Part shown: piece by piece, positions 11,588-21,965 of the stretch
Layout: each line of letters begins with the position of its first letter
How positions within the stretch are numbered: position 1 is the first letter of the stretch
The notes under the pieces: model-generated
Database searches by the model: none
The model's input: only the letters and a program-made list of their open reading frames with translations
What the model was told of the DNA's origin: nothing
Made by a program: the position numbers and the translations under genes
DNA from: Chiloscyllium plagiosum
Lineage: Eukaryota
DNA: 38,395 nucleotides
Direction: 5' to 3'
Assembly (NCBI RefSeq): GCF_004010195.1
Contig: NW_025215162.1
Coordinates: 1-38,395 of the forward strand

Positions 11588-14500
11588 ACTTCTATACACA
11601 AACGGCTCTGCCCGCAGCCTCCTAGTGCACTCGCTTGACATGCACAGGTGTGTACTCAGCCCTCTACTGTACTCCCTGCACACCCACAGTTGTGCCCTCA
11701 ACCACGTAATGTACTCCCTGTAAACCCAATGCAGTGTCCTCAAACCCTGATTGCACTCCCTCTATATCCACAGCTGTGTCCGCAGCCCACAACTGTACAC
11801 CCTGTACACACACAGCAGTGACCATCAGCCCCCATCTGCTCTGCATCTGCATCCACGGCTGTGCCCTCACCCCCCTACACCACGTCCTGTATACCCATGG
11901 CTGTGTACCCAGCCCCCTACTGTATTCGCTGCACAAATGCGGTTGTGCCCTCATTCCCTACTGTGCACCCTGTACACTCAAGGCAGTGATGTCAGTTCCC
12001 ATCTGCACTCCATGTGCACCTACGGCTGTGCTCTCACCCACTACTGTACTTAGTGTATTCACACGGCTGTGTCCCCAGCCCCCTACTGTATTCGCTGCTG
12101 AACTCCAGTTGTACCTTCAGCTGCTACTGTACTCCCAGTACACCCCCGGCTGTTCCCTCAGGCCCCTATTGTACTCCCCTTGCACACAGACCTGTGTCCT
12201 CAGTTCCCTACTGTACTCACCGTACACACACAGCTGAGTCCTCAGCACCCTATTATACCGTCTGTACACCCATGGTTGTGCCCTCAGGCACCTGCTGTAC
12301 TTCCTGTGTTCCCATGGCGTTGCCCACAAACCGATAAAATTTTCATTGTACACAAACAGTTGTGCCATCAACCCTGTAATGTACTCCCTGTTAACCTATG
12401 GCAGAGTCCACAGACCCCGGTTGTACCCCCTCTACATCCACGGCTGTGTCCTAAGCCCTCTACTGCCCTCACTGTACACCCATGTCTGTGTCCTCACGAC
12501 CTACCCTACTCCCCGTACACCCACGGCTGCGTTCTCCAAATCTTATTCTTCTCCTTATGCACCCACGGCTGCGTCCTTAGCCACCTATTGTACGCCCCGT
12601 TCACAAACAGCTGGGTCCTCAGACTGCTACTGTACTCCCTGTACACACATGGCTGTGTCCCCAGCTCCCTACTGTACTCCCTACACATCTGCAGCTGCGA
12701 CGTCAGCACCCTACAGTACTCCTGTACACACACAGCTGTGTCCTCAAACTCGGAATATACTCCCTGTACACCCACGGCTGTATCCTCAACCATCTACTGT
12801 ACTCCCTATACACACATCGGCTCGGTGCCCAACCGCATAAGGCTCTCACCGTAAACTCACAGCTGTGTCCCCAGCCCCCTACTGTACTCCCTGTACACCC
12901 GAAGCTGTGTCCTCAGCCCCCTTCTGCACTCCCTGCATACCCAAGGCGTTGCCCTCAAACCCCTAATGTACTCACTGTACACAAATGGCTGTGCTCTCAA
13001 CCCATAATGTACTCTCTGGAAACCCACGGCAGATTTCTCAGACCCCGAGTGTACCCATTCTACATCCACAGCTGTGTCCTAAGCCCTCTACTGCACTCCC
13101 TGCACACCCATGGCTTTGTTCTCAGCACCCTATCCTACTCCCTTACACCAATGGCTGTGTCCTCAGACTCCTACTGTACTCCTTGTACACCCACGGCTGC
13201 GTCCTTAGCCATCCATCGTAATCCCCGTACACAAACAGCTGTGTCCTCAGCCCGCTACTGTACTCCAGTCCACCCACAGCTGTGTCCTCAACCTCGCAAT
13301 GTACTCCCTCCACACACACGGCTGCATCCCCAGCCTGCTGCTGTACTCCCTGTAATCCACTGTTGTGTCCTCAGCCCTCTACTGTACTCAACATATACCC
13401 ACGACTGTGCCCTCAGCTCACTATCATACTACCCGTACACCCACAGTTGCGACCACAGAACCCTACTGTACTCCTCTAGACGCACGGCTGTGCCCTCAGA
13501 CCTTACTTTAATCCTTGCTTACATGGCTGTGCCTTAACTCTCAGACTGTACTCCCAGTACACCTATGGCCATGCCCTCAGCACTTTACTGTACTTCCTGT
13601 GCACCGACGGATGTGCCCTCAGCCCTCTACTGCACTCTCTGTACACCTACAGGTGTGTCCTCAGTACCCTACTGAACTCCCTGCGTAATGACTGTGCCCT
13701 AAGTCTCAGACTGTACTCCCAGTACACCTACAACTGTGCCCTCAGTACCCTACTGAACTCTGTGTACACCCACAGCTCTGCCGTCAGCCCCTACTGTACA
13801 CCTTGCACACCCATGGCTGTGTCCTCAGCCCCCTACTGTACTCCCCGTACACACATGGCTATGCCCTTAATCAACTACTGTACTCCCCATACACCAACGG
13901 CTGTGCCCTCAGCCCCCACCTGTACACCCGTACACACACGGCTGTACCCTCAACCAACTACTGTACTCCCTGTACATCAATGGCTGTGTCCTCAGTCCTC
14001 TACTGCTCTCTCATACATCCAAGCGTTGTGTCTGCAGCCCCCTGTTGTACTCCCTGTGCACCCACAGCTGTGTATTCAGCCCCCGACTGCACTCAATATA
14101 TGGCCACGGCTGTGCCCTCAGCCCACTACTGTACTCTCTGTTGACACACGGCTGTGCCCTCTGTACCCTACCGTACACCCACAGTTATGTCCTCAGAACC
14201 CTATTCTACTCTCTAAATACACACGACTGTGCCCTCAGTACCCTACTGTACTCTATTTACACGCATGGCTGTGTCCTCAGCCCCTACTGTACGCCCCATA
14301 TATCCACAGCTGTGCCCTCAGCCTCCGAATGCACTCCCTGTACTTACACAGCTGAGTACGCAGCCCCTGACTGTACTCCCTGTACACCCACAGCTGTACC
14401 CTCATCCCCCTATTCTACTCCCTGTTCACACGCAGCTGTGTCCGCAAGCTCATTATATACTCTCTGTAGACCCACGTATGTGTCTTCTAACCCCTACTGC

Positions 14501-17500
14501 ACTAACTCCACAACCACAGCTTGTGCCCTTACTGCCCTTCTGTACTCCCCATTCACCCATGGCTCTGTCCTCAGCTCACTACTGTACTCCCCATACACTC
14601 ACAACTCTGCTCTAAGCCCCTTACTGTACCCTCAGTTCCCTAATGGACATTCTGCGTAACCACGACTGTGACCTTAGCCCCTACTGTTCCCTCTGGGCAC
14701 CACGGGTGTGCTTGTAGACCGACTGTACTCACTGGAGACCCACGGTTGTGTTCTCAACCCTCTTCTGTACTCCCCGTTCACCCACGGCTGTGTCCTCAGC
14801 TCACTACTGTACTCCCCATACACTCACAACTCTGCTCTAAGCCGCTTACTGTACCCTCAGTTCCCTAATGGACATTCTGCGTAACCACGACTGTGACCTT
14901 AGCCCCTACTGTACACTCTGGGCACCACGGGTGTGCTTGTAGACCGACTGTACTCACTGTAGACCCACGGTTGTGTTCTCAGCCCTCTTCTGTACTCCCC
15001 GTTCACCCACGGCTGTGTCCTCAGCTCACTACTGTTCTCCCCATACACCGACAACTTTGTTCTCAGCACTCTACTGTAGTCCCCGTACAGGCACGGCTGT
15101 GAACTCAGCCACCGAATGTATCCCTGCACACCGACGGCTGTGCTCTCAGCCGCCTACAGCACTCCTTGTACACACACAGCAGTGCCCTCACTCCCTGCTG
15201 TCCTCCCTTTATACCCACGGGTATATGACCTTATACTCCTCTGGTACCCTCTGTATAGACACGTCAGTGCCTACAGCCCCTATTGCACTCCCTGTACCCA
15301 CACAGCTCTATCCACTGACCCATACTATACTCACTGTACACTCACAACTGTGTCCTCAGCTTCCCACTGTATCCCTTGTACCGCCTCGGCTGTGCACTCA
15401 GCCTCCTACTGTACTGCCAGCACCCACACGGCTGTGTCCTCACTCCTTATTGTTCTCGCTGAGCACCTACAGCTGTTTTCTCCATCCCCTGCTGTATTCC
15501 ATGCATACATGGCTGTGCCCTGAGACACCAACTGTACTCTCAGCACACCCAAGACTGGTTCCTCAGTACCCGACTGTACTCCCTGTACACACATGGCTCT
15601 GCCCTCAACAACTTGCTGTACTCCCAGTACACCAAAGGCTGTGTCCACAGCTCCCTACTGTACACAATGTACAAACACAACTCTATGCCCAGACCCGTTA
15701 GGCTCTCACAGTACAATTATGGCTGTGTCCTCAGCCACCTACTGTGCTTCACGCACATACACGGCTGTGCCCTCAGACCTCTACTGTACTCCTTGTATAC
15801 ACGGCTGTGTTCTCAGTCCCCTACTGTATTCCCTGCATACATGGCTGTCTCCCGAGACCCCGACTGTACTCCCAGTGCACCCAAGGCTGTGTCCTCAGTA
15901 CCGTACTGTTATCCCCGTCCACACATGGCTCTGCCCTCAACAACTTGCTGTACTCTCTGTACACCAAAGGCTGTGTCCGTAGCTCCCTATTGTAGACCAT
16001 GTACACACACAACTCGGTGCCCATCCCCCTAAGGCTCTCATAGTGCACTTATGGCTGTATACTCAGCCACCTACTTTGCCTCATGCACACACACGGCTGT
16101 GCCCTCAGCCCTCTACTGTACACGCTGTGCATCCAAGACTGTGCCCTCAGCCACCGAATCTACGACCGTTCCAACCACAGCTGTACACTTAGACCCCTAC
16201 AGTACTCTCTGTGCACACACGGCTGTGTAGTCAGCCGTCTACTGTAGTCCCTGTACACCCATGAATGTGCCCTCAGCCCCTGCTGTACAACCTGTACACC
16301 CATGGCTGCATCCTCAGACCCCTTATGTTCTTCCTGTACACACTCAGCTGTGTACTCAGCCCCCTACTCTACTCCCCGTATAGACATGGCTGTGTCCTCA
16401 GAGCCCTAATGTACTCCGTGTACACCCTCAGCTGTGCTGTCAACTGCCTACTGCACTCCCTGTACACACAAAGCTGTGCCCTCACCCCTACTCTTCTCCC
16501 TCTATACCCACTGCTTCGTCCTCAGCCCCGAATATATTCCCTGTGCATACACAGCTGTGCCCTGAGCCCCCAACTGTACTCCTTGTACACCCACGGCTGT
16601 GACCTCAGCCTCCGACTGTACTCCCTTCACGCCCACGGTTGTGCCCTCAGACCCCTCCTGCACTCCGTGTACACACACTGCTGTGCGCTCACCCCCGTAC
16701 TTTACTTGCTGTAAATCCATGGCAGAGTCCTCACACCCCGATTTCACCCCCTCGATTTTCACGGATGTGTCCTACGCCCTCTACTGGACTCCCTACACAC
16801 CCACAGGTATGTCCTCAGTGCCCTACTGTACTCTCTCTACACACACGGCTGTGTCCTCAGGCCCTACTATGCTCCCTGTATACCCACGGCTGTTACCTCA
16901 GCCCCCTAATGTACTCCCTGTACACTCACAGCTGTTGTCTCATCCCCTTACATGGATGTGGCCTCAGCCATAGACTATACTCCCTGTACACCCATGGCTG
17001 GGACCACAACTCTCTACTGTACACCCTGCATAACCACGGCTGTGTCCTCAGGCCTCTACTGTACTCTCCGTACACCCACAACTGTGTCCTTTGCCAACTT
17101 CTGTACTCTCTGTATACCCACTGCTGTGTCCTCTGCCCCTGAACTATACTCCCTGTACAGCCATATCTGCGCGTACAAACCATTAAAAACTTCCTATATA
17201 CCCACGGTTGAACCCTCACTCCTCTTCTGTACACCTTGTGTAACCACGGCTGTATCCTAAGGCCTCTACGACAGTCACTGCGCTCCCCCACTTTGCTCTC
17301 AGCCCCCTACTGTCGTCCCGGTATACCCCGCGGTTGAGTCCTTGGCCCTCGACTGTACTTCCCATACACATATGGCCGTTCCCTCAGTCTCCTACTGTAA
17401 TCGCTGTACACACACGGCTGTGTCCTCTGCCTCCTACTGCACTCCACTTGTACCCATGGCTGTCCCCTCAGCTCCTACTTACTCCGGGTTCATCCACAGC

Positions 17501-19293
17501 TGCGCCCTCAATCCCCTACTGTAGTCGTTGTACATACATGGCTGTGTGAACGGTCTCCTATTGTATTCCCCGTACTCTCATGGCTGTGTCCTCAGCCCCT
17601 ACTGAACTTCCTGTACAACCACAGCTGTGTCCTCAGGCCCCAACTGTACTCCCTGTACACCTACGACTGTGGTCTCAACCCCATACTGTACTCCACATAC
17701 ACGCACAGGTCTCCCCATACACCGACGACTGTGGTCTCAACCCCATACTGTACTCCACATACACGCACAGCTGTGTCCTTAGCCCCCTACTGTACTCCAC
17801 ATACGCCCACGACTGTACACTCATCCCCGCACTGCACTCCCTGTACACCGACGGCTGTGTCATCAGCCCCTACTGTACTCCCGTTCACAAACGGTTGCGT
17901 CCCCAGACCTCTACTTTACTCCCTGTACACCCACGACTGAGCCGTCAGCCGTCTACTGTACTCCCTGTACACATACGGCTGCGATCTCAGCCCCACTACT
18001 GTACTCCCTGTGATACACAGCTGTGCCCGTATTGTATTCCGTACACACACGGCTGTGTCCTCAGCCCACTACTGTACTCCCTGTTCACCCAATGCTGTAC
18101 CCTCAGCCCACTACTGTACTCCCTGTACACCCATGACTGCGTCCTCAGCCGCATACTGTACTCACCCTGTCCTCGCCTATGACATCAGTCCCCTTCTGTA
18201 CTGCCTGTACATCCTTGGCTGTGTCCTCAACCCTGTACTGCACTCCCAAAACCCATGGCTGTGTTCTCAGGCTCTTACTGTTCTTCCCGAAAACGCACAG
18301 TTTTGCCCTCAGCCGCCGGCTGTACTCCATTTACACCCATGGCTCTACCCTCAGCCCCCTAGTATACGCCATGAACACCCAGGGCTGTGCCCTCAGCACC
18401 GTATTTTACTGTAAGCGCATCCGAGGTTGTGCCCTCTGCACCCTACTGTACTGCCTGCACACCCAATGCTGTGCCATGAGCCCAATACTGTACGACCCGA
18501 ACAGCCAACATCTCTGCCCTCAGCCCCCACTGGAGTTTCTCAACACCCAGGGCTGGGCCCTCAGCACCCTAATCTACTCCTGCACGCTCACAGCTGTGAC
18601 CTCATTCCCCTACTCTACTCCCTGTACACACACGGCTATGCACTCAATGCCCTACATCACTCCCTGTACAGTCATGGTTGTGCCATTAGCCCCCTATTGT
18701 AATCATTGAATACCCACGGTTGTGTCCTAACCCCCTACTGTACTCCCCGTACACACATGGCTGTGTCCTGAGCCCTATACTGTGCTCCCTGTACACCCAC
18801 GGCTGTGCCTTCAGCCCCATACTGTACGCCCTGTACACCCACTGCTGTGTCCTCAGGCCCCTTACTGTACTCACCGTACACCCATGACTGTTGTCTCAGC
18901 TCCCTACTGTACTCCGCATACACTCACGGCTGTTTCCTCAATACACTACTGTACTACTTTTACGCCTACGGCTGCGTTCTGAGCACCCTATTTTACACAT
19001 ACACCCTCAGCTGATTCTTCAGCCGCCCACTGTACTCCCTGTCCAACAACAGCTGTGTCCACAGCCCCGTACTGTACTCCCCATACACCCAGGGCTGTTT
19101 CCTCAACCCACTACTGGACTCCTTTTACACCTACGGCTGCGTCCTGAGCACCCTATTGTACATATACACCCTCAGATGTGTCTTCAGCCGTCCACTGTAC
19201 TCCCTGTCCAACAACAGCTGTGTTCACATCCCCGTACTGTACTTCCCCTACACCTACGACTGTGATCTCAGCCCCCTACTTTACTTCCCACTA

Positions 19294-19940
19294 TGTAAAA
19301 TAATGACCATGAAAGCATGGGAAGGGTTAAAGCATGAAGACCACTGGCAATCTGTGGTCTGTGGAAGGCAAGGTGGGATAAGAATAGTGGAATGTTCTTA
19401 CACCAATTAGCAGAGTAAGGTTAAGTCTGAAAGCTCACAATTAATAAAGATAGTTTTTCTGTTAAGTGTTATTATGACAGGGTTGTGACAATAAATATTT
19501 GGGACATGGCGTTAAAATATCTAATTAATACTTAGTGGAGTCAGATTGAGACAGGAGACTATTGTAATAGATGAAATAGTTAAATATCTCTCATGACAGG
19601 TTTGTCTGGAATTGAAGATCACTGTAGCAGAGATAGCAGTAAATATCTAACCGTGACATTAGAATAACATTAAGTAGAACGTACAACTAATGAGATAATG
19701 GGAACTAACATCATTGGTTTATTGTGTAGCTAGAGTGAGGTACTTTAATTAATTTAGTTGGACATGCTGATAAGCTAACAGAAACATGATAAAAAATATA
19801 TAAATCCACAGACTCTGAGGTATGGGGGCATTCGAGAATCTGCTTTCTCAGTGTCATGGTTTTTTGTTTGCAAATAAAAGACCTACTTCTTGAAGAAGTC
19901 TCTGCGTCTCCTGGTGATCCTGTATATTTTCTCCATAACG
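19294..19940 (+). mobile_element. Probable solo LTR (retrovirus or LTR retrotransposon) inserted in the satellite
   Basis: About 645-bp AT-rich block with sharp edges against the satellite. Begins TGTA and ends ...TTCTCCATAACG (CA expected). Degenerate internal repeats (AAATATCT near 19515, 19582, 19641), ATTGG near 19713, TATATAAAT near 19797, AATAAA at 19873-19878, then a U5-like stretch of about 60 bp. No clean target-site duplication. Confidence 0.6.
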
Positions 19941-20479
19941 CCATACACACGCGGCTGCATCCTCAGACCTCTACTGCACTTCCTGTACACAACACCCACA
20001 GCTGTGTCCTCAGCCACCCAATGTACTCCCTATATGCCAATGGCTGTGCCCTCAGCCCCCTACTGTGCTCTATGTACACCAATGGCTGTGCCCTCAGTCC
20101 CCTACTGTGCTCTATGTTCACCAATGGCTGTGCCCTCAGTCCACTACTGTAGTCCCTGTAATGCACGGCTGTGTCATCAGCCCCGACTGAACTCCCCGTA
20201 CACACATGGCTGCGTTCCCAGACCTCTACTTTATTCCCTGTACACCCACGACTGTGCCATCAGCGTCCTACTGCAATGCCTGTACATCTTTGGCTGTGTG
20301 CTCAACCCTGTACTGCACTCCCCATGCACCCATGGCTGTGCTCTCAGCCTCCTACTGTACTTCCTGAACACTCACCTCTCTGCCATCAGCCCCCGAGTGT
20401 ACTCCATTTACACTCATGGAAGTGCCCTCAGCTACCTGCTGTACACATGAACAGCCACGGCTGTGCACTCAGAACTCCA

Positions 20480-21183
20480 NNNNNNNNNNNNNNNNNNNNN
20501 NNNNNNNNNNNNNNNNNNNNNNNNNNNNNNNNNNNNNNNNNNNNNNNNNNNNNNNNNNNNNNNNNNNNNNNNNNNNNNNNNNNNNNNNNNNNNNNNNNNN
20601 NNNNNNNNNNNNNNNNNNNNNNNNNNNNNNNNNNNNNNNNNNNNNNNNNNNNNNNNNNNNNNNNNNNNNNNNNNNNNNNNNNNNNNNNNNNNNNNNNNNN
20701 NNNNNNNNNNNNNNNNNNNNNNNNNNNNNNNNNNNNNNNNNNNNNNNNNNNNNNNNNNNNNNNNNNNNNNNNNNNNNNNNNNNNNNNNNNNNNNNNNNNN
20801 NNNNNNNNNNNNNNNNNNNNNNNNNNNNNNNNNNNNNNNNNNNNNNNNNNNNNNNNNNNNNNNNNNNNNNNNNNNNNNNNNNNNNNNNNNNNNNNNNNNN
20901 NNNNNNNNNNNNNNNNNNNNNNNNNNNNNNNNNNNNNNNNNNNNNNNNNNNNNNNNNNNNNNNNNNNNNNNNNNNNNNNNNNNNNNNNNNNNNNNNNNNN
21001 NNNNNNNNNNNNNNNNNNNNNNNNNNNNNNNNNNNNNNNNNNNNNNNNNNNNNNNNNNNNNNNNNNNNNNNNNNNNNNNNNNNNNNNNNNNNNNNNNNNN
21101 NNNNNNNNNNNNNNNNNNNNNNNNNNNNNNNNNNNNNNNNNNNNNNNNNNNNNNNNNNNNNNNNNNNNNNNNNNNNNNNNNNN
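20480..21183. other. Assembly gap (N run) inside the satellite
   Basis: Run of n characters with satellite sequence on both sides. Confidence 1.
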
Positions 21184-21670
21184 ACAGTACTTCCAGTACA
21201 CCCATGGCTGTGTTTTTAGCTCCCTGCTGTGCTCACAGTGCACCCATGACTGTTCCCTCAGCCCATTTCTGTACCCTGGGTAGACCCACGGCTGTGTCCT
21301 CAACCCCCTATTGTACCCTCTGTACACACATGGCTGCGCCCTAAATCCCCTACTGCGCTCCCCCTGCATCCACAGCAGTGCCCTTGGCACCCTGCTGAAC
21401 TCCCCATACACCCATAGCTGAGCCCTGAAATCCTACTGTACCCCCTGAACAATCATGGCTGTGCCCTCAGCCTCTACTGTACTCCCTGTATATCCACAGC
21501 TGTGCCCTCAGACCCTTACTATACTACCTGTACACCAATGGCTGTGTCCTCAACGCCCTAGTGTACTCCATTTATACCCACAGCTGTCCACTTGGCTCCC
21601 TACAGTACTCCCTGTTGACCCAGCGCTGTTTCCTCGGCCCCCGACTGTAACCCCTGTACAACCCCTGTAA

Positions 21671-21965
21671 TTTTCCTGGGATGATGACGTCAGCTTGTAC
21701 GAGAGGGCATAACTACAAATTGAGGGGTAATAGATTTAAGGCTGATGTCAGAGGCAGGTTCTTTACGCAGAGAGTGGTAAGGGCGTGGAATGCCCTACCT
21801 GCTAATGTAGTCAACTCAGCCAAATTCGAGAGATTTAAACAATGGTTAGATAAGCACATGGATGATTTTGGGATAGCGTAGGAGTATGAGCTGAGAATAG
21901 TTCACAGGTCAGCGCAACATCAAAGGCAGAAGGGCCTGTTCTGCACTGTATTGTTCAATGTTCTA
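21671..21965 (+). mobile_element. 5'-truncated CR1-clade LINE (ORF2 C-terminus plus 3' UTR) abutting the end of the satellite
   Basis: Translation TRGHNYKLRGNRFKADVRGRFFTQRVVRAWNALP...FKQWLDKHM matches the typical CR1 ORF2 C-terminus. 3' end is GAAGGGCCTGTTCTGCACTGTATTGTTCAATGTTCTA. Confidence 0.92.

Larger units (their letters stand above)
1..21670 (+). repeat. Degenerate 42-bp tandem repeat array (minisatellite/satellite), C-rich on the + strand, running off the left edge of the window
   Basis: The motif RGCTGT recurs at 3, 45, 87 (period 42). The consensus CCCTACTGTACTCCCTGTACACCCACGGCTGTGCCCTCAGCC is recognisable up to about 21670. ORF translations repeat every 14 aa (YCTPCTPTAVPSAP / TVLPVHPRLCPQPP / LLYSLYTHGCALSP). 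Confidence 0.97.

Noticed and set aside
20171..21411. Long ORFs spanning the N runs (also 9238-11268 and 10422-10970)
   Set aside because: Their length is inflated by translating N as X.
1..21670. CRISPR-like array
   Set aside because: There is no alternation of constant repeats with unique spacers: the whole 42-mer is degenerate and contiguous. No cas genes are present and the context is vertebrate.
1..21670. The many Cys/Pro/Thr-rich ORFs in the track as real genes
   Set aside because: They arise because the unit is 14 codons and stop-free in three frames. They overlap in all frames, switch phase at 1-bp indels and lack unique domains.
1..21670. Satellite-encoded hammerhead ribozyme (minus-strand variant CTGAGGA-CAC-AGCC-GTG looks like CUGANGA plus stem II)
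   Set aside because: The essential GAAA box after the stem is absent (GGTG follows instead), and I see no stem I/III arrangement.
1..21670. RAG recombination signal sequences (CACAGC.. resembles the heptamer CACAGTG)
   Set aside because: No ACAAAAACC-like nonamer at 12- or 23-bp spacing in the + strand consensus, the unit has no A/T run that could supply one, and no V, D or J segments are present.
1..21670. Immunoglobulin switch-region-like function (strand-skewed repeat with AGCT/WRCY motifs)
   Set aside because: No immunoglobulin exons are in the window, and AGCT appears only as a CpG-decay variant. The resemblance is generic.
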